From contig NC_057715.1 in the NCBI RefSeq assembly GCF_004010195.1, positions 30,018,033 through 30,082,032 on the forward strand: a stretch of 64,000 nucleotides of DNA, written 5' to 3'. The position numbers and the translations under genes are program-made. Below, piece after piece: positions 52,011-64,000 of the stretch. How positions within the stretch are numbered: the stretch's first letter is position 1; each line of letters starts with the position of its first letter. This DNA comes from Chiloscyllium plagiosum. Lineage: Eukaryota. The notes below the pieces were generated by a model, which did not search any database, was not told where the DNA came from, and saw only the letters and a list, made by a program, of their open reading frames with translations.

Positions 52011-54270
52011 AACCGATAATACACAATTCTGAGAACATCAGAAAGAAAGTCTTGCTCTCCTAAGTGCACAATCCGTTACTTATATTTCTTAACGTTTCAG
52101 GACATACATAGAATTGCCACATTTGCACAACATGGCTGATCATCCTGGGGCAAAAATCAAGTGGATTGTACAACAGGCAGGAAATCAGCTTTACCCAAGT
52201 ACCATCCAGACAGTGTAAGTATAGTTTGGAGATGTGATTGAAACAACAACAAACAGAAGATATAGATAGAATAGAGTGGGAACAAGGATCAGGGCTGCTT
52301 CTTGCATGGAGAATAAATACCAACATGATGTTGTGGGATGAATGGCCAGTTTCTACTCTAAAGTCAATGTAATTGTCTACATTTTTGTTCTTAAAACCGA
52401 AAGATGGTAATTGCTTACATTTACTTTTATTGCCAGTCCATTTTTTCCTAAGATGGGTACAGTACACTTTACATTTAGTGTCGTCCAAACCTGGTATACT
52501 AGTATTAGCTTCTGCATGTATGCATGGTATGAATATTATGATGCAAACAAAATGCATTAAATTACTCATATGACCTGCAAAAGGTCATCACACAGTTGTG
52601 ACATTTTCAGCTTATCACTGTATCGCAATTTGCCTACTGTAGTAGAATTAGTTCTTTGTAGTGTACTAGATCTCACTTGGACTTTATAAAACAAACATCT
52701 ATGCCACAAAATCATTACCCTAAATGTAGCCACAATCTGTCCAGCACAGATCTGTTTTCCTGCATATTGCATTTCATAGTGATGCACTGTATTGATCAGA
52801 CTTTTCCAGGAAATAGATTAAGTGTCTTTTTACAGACAAAAACAAAAAAAAGAGATAAGAGTAAGAAACAGTATACAGAATGTGAGAAACCTAGAGGAGA
52901 AAGGGAACAGGCAGAAATAAGGAGGAAGACAGAGAATAGAGAATAAGGGCAAAAGAAATGCAATGATATTAAGAAATCTATATTCTTTTATCTGTATAGA
53001 ATAAAACAATGTGGTAGATTGCATGTCACTTATCATATCAATATCAATGATTGAATATATTCAGTTGTGATCCTCAAAACACCATTAAAGGTCAGTGAAA
53101 TGTGAAATCTTAGATTTTTCTGTTCTGATGTGCAGCCAGAAATATCACAGTCACTGAGCTCATATTTACAGTAATTTGCACTGGTAGATTTTGTATTTCA
53201 TTGCTGCGTTTTGTGCTGATTAGTTTTGTGTGGGGCCTCTGGATGTTGTACCTAAAAATAAGTTACATATCCAAAGTTAGTTGACATTCACACAAACGTG
53301 ATGCACTCCTATTAAGTTGATCAATAAAAATGTACAATTTAGTTTGCGTTATCTGTAGCATAATGCCTACGTTCTATAGCTTTTAAAGAATTGATGCCCA
53401 ATCCTATCAATATTGTGCATCAATGTCAATTGCCAGATAAAAGACTAAAAGATGCGCAGATGCCCGAAAGAATCTGCTGAGTCTCCATTTGTTGGCCACT
53501 GGAATGAATAGCCCATCATGATTAAAGGGTTTTTGAGGACCGTTCGTTTGGAATTTGGAAGACATAATCTGTAAAATCAGGCACCATGCCAGTGACTCCA
53601 TTCCTAGCACCCCTGTGATTTTACTAGAGACCCCCACCCATCCACTGTGATTTGACTTGTAGCAGAGGAGGCATTTGTTAATGCACTCATGTGCAGTTCC
53701 CGTGAAGACTTTCTCACTCAATGCTGTGCCTTAACTTGCAGAGGAGGGGGCTGATACAAAATCTGCAGCTTGCCACATGAAACCTGATGGACTGGTGGCC
53801 AGACAAAGCTAGTATCCTTTCCTTTTTGTGCCCCTTGTTCAACAACACCACCAAATGAGTTAGCCTCCTAAATTGTTTTCCCATTCACAGTCTACCCTTA
53901 ACCCCGCTCCTCTCAAACCCCCTCAATGGAAGTCCCAGCAGTGGCCAACACTTGCATTGGCTGTTGAGACCAGAGTTCCCAGTGATTTATTTGGCTGGCA
54001 CTTGTGAGGTGGGCCTTCCTCCCTGATAAGAGTGGAAAGTCTTCCTGTCGTTAATGAATAGTCCAACAGCCATTCACCGACTGGGAAATGAATTAACCAA
54101 GCAAGAGCAACCTACCTCCATCTTTTAAACAACTGGATGGAGACTTCCTTTCAGCATAAAATGCAGCCCTTCTGATATCCTGGAGGTATTAAAGCAGTAT
54201 TAAATGAAAAACAGGATTATTTATGTGTGAGGTAAATTTTGGGGAAATCACAGCATTGCCTAATTGCTGA

Positions 54271-54452
54271 GTTAAAAATCGCACAATACCAGGTTATAGT
54301 CCAATAGGTTTAATTGGAAGCACTAGCTTGTGAAGATGGTTGTGATGAAGGAGCAGTGCTCTGAAAGCTAGTGCTTCCAATTGGAATATAACCTGGTGTT
54401 GTGTGATTCTTAACTTTGTACACCCCAGTCCAGCTCTGGCATCTCCAAATCA
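54271..54452. mobile_element. Mini PLE insert with inverted 5' part and 14-bp TSD
   Basis: TSD TGCC(T/G)AATTGCTGA at 54257-54270 and 54453-54466; 54271-54329 is inverted relative to about 54365-54415; HHR-like GTGATGA-AGGAGCAGTGCTCT-GAAAGCTA-GTG. Confidence 0.8.
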
Positions 54453-55880
54453 TGCCGAATTGCTGAACAGTCACACCAGACTTGAAATGTTAACTTTATT
54501 TCTCCCACCTCAGAAGCTGCCAGACTTGCTGAATTTCTCCAGCACTTTCAGATTCTAAATGGCGTAACTAGGTCCAAGAGGTGGTGTCAGATCTCCAAGT
54601 AGCACCAAGCATATTGGACATTCTGAAAATTGTCAGCCAGTTGTTGGCAAAGTATGATTTAGCTCTAAAGTAGCAGCTTCTCTATTTCAGTCATGCTCTT
54701 TTCATATAATTATTTGAAAGTGCTTGTGGCAAGAAACTTTGAAATATCATAGTGAAAAAGTGATAGGCCACCATCTTTGAAATATAAAGTCCCTTCTGCA
54801 AAGTCAGAGTTAGTGGGCTTTTTCAACAGGATCTGAGCAGGGCAGGATGTACTCCCAGGTTGGTAGCATAGATATGAATTCCAGCCGCAGGGGCACTCTT
54901 TTATAACCAATTAGCCACATTACTCAACGGTTCTAAGTTTGGATCATTCGGTTTTCCATTAAACAAGCAAAATGGACTGAATTTTCGCAACGTCAGGCAA
55001 AGTGTATTATTGAGCCAAATTCTTGACACCTTGTCCGCCATAGGTCATGCGACTTTTCCCACATAATCTTTCACTTTTTACTTCACCTAGAACTAGAATC
55101 TATGGTGCATATCTTGTGGAATTGCACTTGTGAAACTGCTGGGATCTTCCATCATTATGCCATCAGAGCCATATTTGAACTCCAGCTGTGCACTACTTCA
55201 AATACTGTAAGCCAAGAACTGACATTCACACAGTGGTGCTGGAGTGCTACAGTCAGGATGTGGCCCAGAAAAGGGAAGTTAGCTCCTTGGTTCACCTACA
55301 ATAACCTCGAGGTGGTGGATGGTTTGGTGCAGAGGAGGGCAGTGATGCATCTGGCTGACCAAAGGAGGCCACACCACCAGCCAGCCTGCACTGAGACAGT
55401 AGCAGAGAAGTGTCCTGAGTAGAACACAATGCATAGCAGTGCAGGAAAATGATCAATGACCTTCAGTGCTCTGCTTGATGGTGGGTAATGCTTCTCTCGC
55501 TTGCCTCACATTCACTAATTCTGTAATTGCACATGCCTCTCATTGACATTCAGGGAGTGAAAGAGAATTCAGGGAACTAAAGACCAGTTAGCCTTCCACC
55601 AGTAGTAGAGAATTTAATAGAGTCTATTGTAAAAGATGGGATAAATAGACACCGGGTTGATAACAATCTGATTGGGTATACTCAGCGTGCATTAATGAAA
55701 GGCAAATTGTGTTTGCTGAACTTGAAGTTTGTTGACGATGTTACTAACAAAATTGATAAAGGAAAGCTGAGGGATATAGTGTACTTAGATTTCTAAAAGG
55801 TTTGTAATAAAAACCTCCTCTGAAGCTTGGTTAGGAAAATTAAAGTACATGGCATTGGAGGAAAAAAAAACTGACATGGA

Positions 55881-56979
55881 TTAGATCTCACGGAATACAG
55901 GGAGAGCTAGCCATTTGGATACAGAACTGGCTCAAAGGTAGAAGAGGGTGGTGGTGGAGGGTTGTTTTTCAGACTGGAGGCCTGTGACCAGTGGAGTGCC
56001 ACAAGGATTGGTGCTGGGTCCTCTACTTTTCGTCATTTACATAGATGATTTGGATGCGAGCATAAAAGGTACAGTTAGTAATTTGCAGATGATACCAAAA
56101 TTGGAGGTGTAGTGGACAGTGAAGAAGGTTACCTCAGATTACAACAGGATCTTGACCAGATGGGCCAATGAGCTGGGAAGTGGCAGATGAAGTTTAATTC
56201 AGATCAATGCAAGGTGCTGCATTTTGGGAAAGCAAATCTGAGCAGGACTTAATGATAGAGAGTGTTGCTGAACAAAGAGACCTTGGAGTGCAGGTTCATA
56301 GCTCCTTAAAAAGTAGAGTCGCAGGTAGATAGGATAGTGAAGAAGGCATTTGGTATGCTTTCTTTTATTGTTCAGAGTATTGAGTACAGGAGTTGGAAAG
56401 TCATGTTGAGGCTGTACAGGACATTAGTTAGGCCACTGTTGGAATATTGCGTGCAATTCTGGTCTCCTTTCTTCGAAACTTAAAAGGATTCAGAAGAGAT
56501 TTACAAGGATGTTGCCAGGGTTGGTGGATTTGAGCTATAGGGAGAAGCTGAACAGGCTGAGGCTGTTTTCCCCGGAGCGTCGGAGGTTGAGGGGTGACCT
56601 TATAGAGGTTTAAAAAATCATGAGGGGCATGGACAGGATAAATAGACAAAGTCTTTTCCCTGGGGTCGGGGAGTCCAGAACTAGATGGCATAGGTTTAGG
56701 GTGAGAGGGGAAAGATATAAAAGAGACCTAAGGGGCAACTTTTTCACGCAGAGGGTGGTATGTGTATGGAAAGAGCTTCCAGAGGAAGTGATGGAGGCTG
56801 GTACAACTGCAACATTTAAAAGGCATCTGGATGGGTATATGAATAGGAAGGGTTTGGAGGGATAAGGGCCGGTTGCTGGTAGGTGGGACTAGAGCGGGTT
56901 AGGATATCTGGTCGGCATGGACAGGTTGGACCGAAGGGTCTGTTTCCATGCTGTACATCTCTATGACTCTATGACTCTA
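55881..56979 (+). mobile_element. Young CR1 (HER1-like) 3' 1.1 kb
   Basis: [43 protein letters not shown]; (CTATGACT)n tail. Confidence 0.93.
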
Positions 56980-57509
56980 ATGTTGGTTAACAGACAGAAA
57001 ACGGGGAGGAGGAACAATTGGGTAATTCTCTCACTGATAGACGGTGACTAGACGGGTACCAAAGGATTCATACTTCGGCCCCAGCAGTTCATAATGAATC
57101 TCAATGACTCGAATTGGGCCGAAAGTAATATTTCCAAATTTGTTGATGATGCAATGTGAAGTGGAAATTTATGTTGTGAGGAAGATGTAAAATGGTCTTT
57201 GAATAACTTGGACAGGTTTAGTGGATATTTTGGACAGGCTTAGTGAATGGGCAAGAACATGGCAGATAATGTGGAAAAATGTGAGGTTATCTACTTTAGT
57301 GGGAGGAATAGATGTGCAGAAGATTTCTCAAATGGTAAGTGGTTGGAAAGTATACTTGTACTCAATACTCTGTATTAATGTCAGTACATCATTGAAGGCT
57401 AACCTGCAAGTGCAGCAAGCTATTAGGGAGGTTGATAGAATATTAGCCTTTATTGCAATAGCATTTGAGTACAGGAATAGTGAAGTCTTGCTTCAATTAC
57501 ACCATGCCA

Positions 57510-57828
57510 AAGGCAGCATGGTGGCTCAGTGGTTAGCACTGCTGCCTCACAGCGCCAGTGACCCAGGTTCGATACCCACCTTGGGCAACTGTCTGTGTTG
57601 AGTTTGCACATTCTCCCAGTGTCTGCATGAGTTGCTTTCAGGCGCTCAGGTTTGCTCCCACAGTCGAAAGATGTGCAGGTCAGGAGAATTGGCTACGCTA
57701 AATTGCCAATAGAGTTAGATGCATTAGTCAGAGGGAAATGGGTCTGGGCAGGTTATTCTTTGGAGGGCTGGTGTGGACTTGTTGGGCCAAATGGCCTGTT
57801 TCCACACAATAGGGATTCTAATCTAATC
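57510..57828 (+). mobile_element. HE1-type SINE
   Basis: Head, B box GGTTCGATACC, V-domain and tail. Confidence 0.9.
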
Positions 57829-58378
57829 AATTGTATGCAAATTTGGTTAGACCACAGAATATTGCATGCAGTTTTGCTCTCCTTATCTCAGGAAAAATAT
57901 TATTGCCAAAAAAGGACTGAAATGAAGTTTCACCAGACTCATTCCCAGGATGGCAGGACTGTTCGATGAAGAAAAATTGAGCAAACTTAGCCTGGACTCT
58001 CTTGAGTGTTGAATAGCAAGATGAATTTCCCATTCACAAATCTATGCTGACTATACCCAATCAGATTATTATCAACCAGTTGTATACTTATCCCATGCTT
58101 TATGATAGATTCTAGCAATTTCCTGACTACTGAAAGAAGACTAAAGAGTCTGTAGTTCCCTGTTTTACTGAAACATAGAATTTAAACAAGTTAGATATAA
58201 ATAAGATAGCTCCTTTCACTGGGGAGTCTAGAACCAGGGGGCACAAATTAAAAACAAGAAGGATACCACTTAAGTTCAATATGAGGAGAAATATTTTTAC
58301 TCTAGAGGTTGAAAGCCTTGTGAATTGTCTACACAGAGGGTTGTGGAAGGTCAGTCTTTGAGTATGCCAAAGATAAAC

Positions 58379-58413
58379 CACCTGATGAAGGAGCGTCGCT
58401 CTGAAAGCTAATG
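58379..58413 (+). ncRNA. Minimal type I hammerhead ribozyme motif heading a ~90-bp PLE repeat (58377-58468)
   Basis: CAC-CUGAUGA-A-GGAGC GUC GCUCU-GAAA-GCUA-AUG: intact core, 5-bp helix II, palindromic AGCU helix III, CUA cleavage triplet; one mismatch in helix I. Confidence 0.7.
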
Positions 58414-59156
58414 CTTCCAAATAAATCTGTTGGACTATAACCTGGTGTTATGATTTTTAACTTTGTACAGCCTAATACAAAGGTTGATAGATTTCTGATT
58501 ACTAGTAAAACATAGGATTAAAGGGATGGGGCAAACAAAAGACACTGAAGTCTTTGATCAGTCATGATTGCATTAAATGACTGGGAAGGCTCAATGACCT
58601 GAATGGCCATTCCTGTTTCTGAATTCCAGTGTAGCAAGTTTGATTTTTCATTCTCATTGTATTTCCCATCTCTTTCACCATTGTTCATGCCCCTGAAGGG
58701 AGTGGAAAATTCTGCCCCATAAATTGTATTTAGTTGAGACTGTGGTACTGCTATATGGAAAGTCAGCAGGATCTAGGCAGCATAGCTTACCTGTTTATGA
58801 AGGAGTTGAAATGGCTTGATAAGACATGACAAAAAAGCAATATGAAGAATGAAATACAATGGTGGACTTGTCTCTAATCTAGGACATTGATTTACGACAT
58901 TATGAAGACAAACCCAACTGAATTGACCCTCATGCGTCTATTTCACTAATAAGTGTCACTGATTCAAAGGTTGAGAAATCTATTCAATGTTTACAACCCA
59001 ACAGCCACATTCATAACATTACACCTATCAGCCAATGTGCCACATTCCTCCATCACTCTCACTAAACGTTCCCCAACTCTCTGACAGAACAAACCCACCA
59101 AAGTGGATAGACAGTGTTATCCATAAAATATGACACGTTGACTTCAAACTTCATGA

Positions 59157-62100
59157 AGTCATAGAGTCATACAGCATGGAAACAGACCCTTCAGTCCAAC
59201 TGGATCACGCCAGCCATATTCCCAAACTAAACTAACTAGTCCCACATGCCTGCACTTGGTCCAAATTCATCTAAACATGAACTTATCCAAATGTTTTTTA
59301 AACATTGTAACTGTACCTGCATCCATGACTTCCTTTGACAGTTCATTCCACACACGAACCATTTCCTGTGTAAAAAATGCCACTTATGTCCTTTTTAAAT
59401 CTTTCTCCTCTTACCTTGAAAGTATGCCCCCTAGTTTTGAGCTCCCCCACCCTAGGAGAAAGATCCTTATCATTCCCTGTATCTATGCTCCTCATGATTT
59501 TACAAACCTTAATAAGGTCACCACTCAACCTCCTGTGCTCCAGCGAAAAAGGTCCCAGCCTTTCCAGTCTACTTTGATATCTCAAACGCTGCATTGTCAG
59601 TAACATCCTGGTAAATCTCTTCTGAATCCTCTCCAGTTTAATAATATCTTTCCTGTAGCAAGGCAACCAAAAATGTGTACAATACTTCATCAATGTCCTG
59701 TACAACCTCAACGTGGCATCCTAACTCTGATACACAAAGGTCTGAGCAATGAAGGCAAGTGTGCACAAAGCCTTCTTAACCACCGTGTTTACCTGTGACG
59801 CAAATTTCAAAGAATGATGTGCCTGAATCCCTAGGTGTCTCTGTTCTACAACATTACCCAGGGCCCCACCATTAATTTTATAAATCCTTTCCTTGTTTAT
59901 ATTTCCAAAATGCAATACCTCACATTTATCCCAAATGAACTCCATCTGCCATGCTTCAGCCCATTGACCCAATTGATCCAGATCTCTTTGTAATCTTAGA
60001 TAACCTTCTTCATTGCCCACTATACCACCAATTTTGGTGTCATCTGCAAGCTTACTAACCATGCCTCCTATGTTGTCATCCAAATCATTTATATAAATGA
60101 CAAACAAAAGTGGACCCAGTGCCGGTCCCTGTGGAATACTGCTGGTCATAAGCCTACAGTCTGAAAAACAACCCTCCACCACCATCCTCTGTCTCCCACT
60201 ATAAAGTCAATTTTGTATCCAATTGGCAAGGTCATCTGAATCCCATGTGATCTAATTTTATTAATTAGTCTGCCATGTGGAACCTTGCCAAGAGATTTAA
60301 TAAGATCTAAGTAAACAATGCCTTGCACTCTGCCCTCATTAATCTTTTTTGTTACTTCATTAAAAAAACTAAATCAAGTTTGTGAGATATGGTTTTTCTT
60401 GCACAAAACCATACGAACTATCCCTAATCAATTCTTGCCTCTCTGAATGTATTTAAATCCTATCTTTCAGAATCACTCCCAACAACATACCTACCATCAA
60501 TGTTAAACTCACAGGTCTATAGTTTCTAAGCTTCTCCATATTACTCTTCTTAAACAGTGGCACAACATTAGCTATCATCCAGTGCTCCAATATGTTACCC
60601 ATATTTATAGAATATACAAATATTTTTGCTAGGAGCCCTTCAATTTCCTCCCTAACATCCCGCCACATCCTGAGATGTACTTGATAAGGTCAAGGAAATT
60701 TATCGACCATTATATTTTTTAAGACCTCCAGCACTTTCTCTTCTGTCATGTGAACTGTGTTCAAAACAAGAATATTTATTAAAAATCCATAAGGAATTGA
60801 AGATGATGTAATTTCTGTGTTTGTTTGTGATCATTATTTATTTCTGAGTTCTCCAACCTTTATTTCTTTCCCAACAGTAAAAACTGACACAAAATAATCA
60901 TTTAATATCTCTCCCATCTCCTGAGCTTCAAAATAAAACTGACTTTGTTGATCATTAAGGGGTCCTCCTCTCTCTGGTTCCTCTCTTACTCTTAATGTAT
61001 TTGTAGAATCTTTTTGGATTATCTTTAATCTTATCTGTCAAGGCTATCCCAAATTGCTTCTTTGCCTTCCTGACTTCCTTCTTAAGAATGCTGTTACACT
61101 CTTTATACTCTTCAAGAAATTCAATTGATTCCAGTTGTCAATATCTAATATATTACTTTTTATTCTTGACTAGAAGCTCAATATCTTTATTCATTCATTG
61201 TTCCCTAATCTTAACAGCTTTGCCGTTCACTCTAACAGGAACATAATGCCTCTGAACTCTCGATATCAGACTTTTAAAAGCTTCCCACTTATCAGTCATC
61301 CCTTTACCTGTGAACAATGTACTTCAATCAACTTTTGAATGTCCTTGTTTCATACCTTAAAATTTGCCTTACTCCAATTAAGAACTTTAACTTTTATTGA
61401 AGACTTAACATTTTCCAAAACTATTTTAAACTAATAATATTATGGTCACTAGTCCCAAAGTGTTGCCCTACTAACAGTTCAGTCACCTGCCCTACCTTAT
61501 TTCCCAGGAGAAAATCAAGTTTTGCTCCTTCTCTAGTAGGGACATTTACATACTGATAAAGAAAATTTTCTTGAACATGTGTAACAAATTCTTCACCATG
61601 CAAACATTTAACACTATGGCTGTCCCAGTCAATATTTGGAAAATTAAAATCCCCTAACTATTACAACCTTACTAATCTTAAATATATTTGAGATCTCTCT
61701 ACATATTTGTTTCTCAATTTCCCTCTGACCATTGGGGGGTCAATAGTACAATCCCATCAAGGTGATCATTCCTTTCTTATTTCTAAGTTCAACCCATATA
61801 TTTTCACTCAATGATCCCTCAGAAATATTTTTATTAATTACAGTAGTAATGTTTTCTTTAATCAAAAATGCCACTCACCCTCCTGTCTTGCTGCTCTTTC
61901 TATCTTTCCTATAACATCCAAAACCAGAAACATTGAGCTATCAGTCCTGTCCTTCCCTCAGCTAAGTTTCTGTATTAACTATGACATCCCAGTCCCATGT
62001 TCCCATACATGCCCTGAGTTCATCAGCCTTACCTTAAGACCTCTTACATTGAAATAAATGCAGTCTAATTCTTCATAGTTACTTTGTTCTCTGACTTGTA

Positions 62101-62940
62101 CTTGTCTTTTCTAAATAACTTGCTCTTCTTCGATTCAGAACCATCCTCATCTTTCTTTCCGTTTTCATCATTACTCCACTCTCTCAAAGTTTATAGGCTC
62201 CCGAAATAGAACTATCAAATCTCCCTGCCAGGATATTGGTCCCTTTTCAGTTCAGGTGAAACCCATCCACTTCTACCCCAGAAGTGATTTCAATGATTCA
62301 AAAATCTGAATCATTGCACATCACACCATCTCTTCAGCCACTGATTTATCTACTCTATCTTTTTATTCTTACTTTCATGAGATGGTGGCACCATGAGTAA
62401 ACTAGAGATTACTACTTTTGAGATTCTGCTTTTTAACTTCCTACCTTACCTCTTATATTCACTCTGCAAAGTCTTAACCCTTTCCCTAACTATGTTGTTC
62501 CTACCAAACTGTTCAACAACTTCTAGCTTCTCACCCTCCCCTTTGACAATATCCTTTAACCATTATGAGACATCCTTAACCCTGACATCAGGAAGACAAG
62601 ATACTATCCAAGATTCATGCTTACGTCTGCAGAATTTCCTGCCTATGCCCCTGACAGGACAGTCCCCAATAACAATTATTTTTTAAAAATTTTGCCAAAC
62701 CATGTGTAACATTCTTAGTGCCCAAGATCTGACTACCATTTCTATTTCCCTCTGAGAGACTATCTCTTACAACAATCCCCAAAACAGAATACCTGTTTGA
62801 GAGAGGAATAGCTGCAGGAGACTTCTGAGCTACCTTCTTACCTTTCCTGACAGTCAACCATCTAACTGAATGATCCTGTTGTGTAATCACTTCTCGAAAT
62901 GTACTCGTCATCACACTCAGTGTCTCTTGACTGCCCTCAG
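59157..62940 (-). mobile_element. Near-full-length decayed CR1 LINE (ORF1 esterase, ORF2 EN + RT)
   Basis: IPLSNRYSVL and DGFHLN (ORF1); PTREGAKLDF...GTSDHNII (EN); [32 protein letters not shown] (RT); CTATGACT tail; many stops and frameshifts. Confidence 0.92.
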
Positions 62941-64000
62941 TGACATTAAACCTAAAAAGAAGCTCTCAATAGCACCATATATAAAAATCTTTCCTCACCC
63001 ACAGATTTAATATTAAGAATACAAAAAAGGGAAAAAAATAAACATGTAAATATTTAAAAGGAATCAAACATTTAGCTGATAAAATGAAAAATCAACTCTC
63101 CTTCAAATAATCCAACATTCAATCCCCAGATTACAGAAAAAGTCTCTCCAGAGCCATGTACAAGCCTCTCCTCACACTTTGTACATAAACAAACAATCTC
63201 TCTTTCACTCGATAAAAGGTCACAAGCAGCTTAAACCTAATAAGATGTTAAAGGCTGAGACTCTGGTGTGACTATTGTGGGTATAAAGAATTTATCGGCT
63301 TTCTTCAGAGTGTATAAAGTAGTGTTTTAAGATGTATTGGATTATATTTTACTGTGTCTAAATAGAATTGACTTTTATTTTGTTTAATAAACATTGGTTC
63401 TACCATTAAAGCAAAATCTGCAAAATTGTATGTTTATGTTTCTTGCAGCAAAAGACCATATTTTTACTAACAAACTAAGACCTATCAAGGCTGGGTTTCA
63501 GTCTGGGATCCGACTTGTTCAGTCATAACATCAGCTGGGGTGAAATGTTACAAATCCTTTGAAATGAAAAAAAAGAAATGACTGTTTTTCAAGACAATGT
63601 TTAGGAAATAAAAGATAGCGTGGCTAAATAGTTTTTAAAATAAAGTTCATATTTAATGCAGATGGGTGGAAATGAATCATGCCATGTTTCCACCCGTTTC
63701 CTCGTATTACCATTCATACCATTATGCAGAGGGAAAGAATGATATAATTGCAACAACAATATAATAGGCCGAACAACAGCCTTCAATGGCGGTTTGCCAT
63801 TGCCACAGTGATGCCAGTTTAGTAGCCAATAAGGTGACCATTGTTGCAAGTGGTAATTGGCTACATTGATACCAGTAGCAGAATCCACACTACTGATCCA
63901 CAGTGGGAAGAAATGTTGAATCACCCACTGAAAATAGCTTTAAAAAGGATTAGGGCAACTTCAGCACAAATAAATACAACAGGATACAGGAGTTCCTGTC

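Larger units (their letters stand above)
55555..58625 (+). mobile_element. Old CR1 (RT to tail) hosting a young CR1, HE1 and a PLE repeat
   Basis: GNxRPVS-like start, DIVYLDF, SKFVDD, LAFIA; decayed tail at about 58560-58625. Confidence 0.75.
54974..58717 (+). mobile_element. PIF/Harbinger remnant with Myb/SANT-like ORF (55258-55485) and candidate TIRs, split by CR1 insertions
   Basis: RKGKLAPWFTYNNLEVVDGLVQRRAV and QCRKMINDL (55437-55463), NAIF1/Myb_DNA-bind_5-like; GGACTGAATTTTC (54974-54986) vs reverse complement of 58705-58717, 11/13 identical. Confidence 0.6.

Noticed and set aside
52060-52569. 169-aa minus-strand ORF
   Set aside because: Non-ATG start, no domain, overlaps a decayed CR1 tail on the other strand.
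53407-53721. Possible second Harbinger transposase fragment
   Set aside because: Only a single loose motif (IPVANK); insufficient.
63250-63551. Possible solo LTR (TATA-like, AATAAA, ends ...TTACA)
   Set aside because: No 5' TG boundary, TSD or second copy identified.
1-64000. CRISPR arrays, operons, rRNA or other prokaryotic systems
   Set aside because: No regularly spaced repeats or gene-dense regions; the sequence is vertebrate repeat-rich DNA.

Overview
Vertebrate, AT-rich, repeat-dominated non-coding DNA (intronic or intergenic). About ten HE1-type tRNA/V-domain SINEs whose tails match CR1-clade (HER1-like) LINEs indicate a shark or other elasmobranch genome (inference). I could not support any host protein-coding exon; nearly every ORF in the track is a transposon fragment or chance. 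Roughly half the window is nested mobile DNA: CR1-clade LINEs (including a decayed near-full-length 3.8 kb copy), a second CR1/L2-group LINE with its own partner SINE, several Penelope-like elements (PLEs; RT + GIY-YIG), a Tx1/L1 3' end, a decayed Gypsy gag-protease and PIF/Harbinger remnants (transposase and Myb-like partner). Most interesting: (1) many PLE terminal repeats carrying minimal hammerhead ribozyme (HHR) motifs, often as tiny TSD-flanked or inverted inserts whose 5' edge falls at the ribozyme; (2) an 82-bp-arm palindrome at a Tx1 insertion that looks like a cDNA snap-back copying host flank; (3) an HE1-head/CR1-tail chimera that may have inserted as one unit; (4) a 5'-inverted CR1-like LINE. 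Repeat boundaries were read by eye (about +/-10-30 bp unless TSD-defined) and family names come from recognition of motifs, not database searches.
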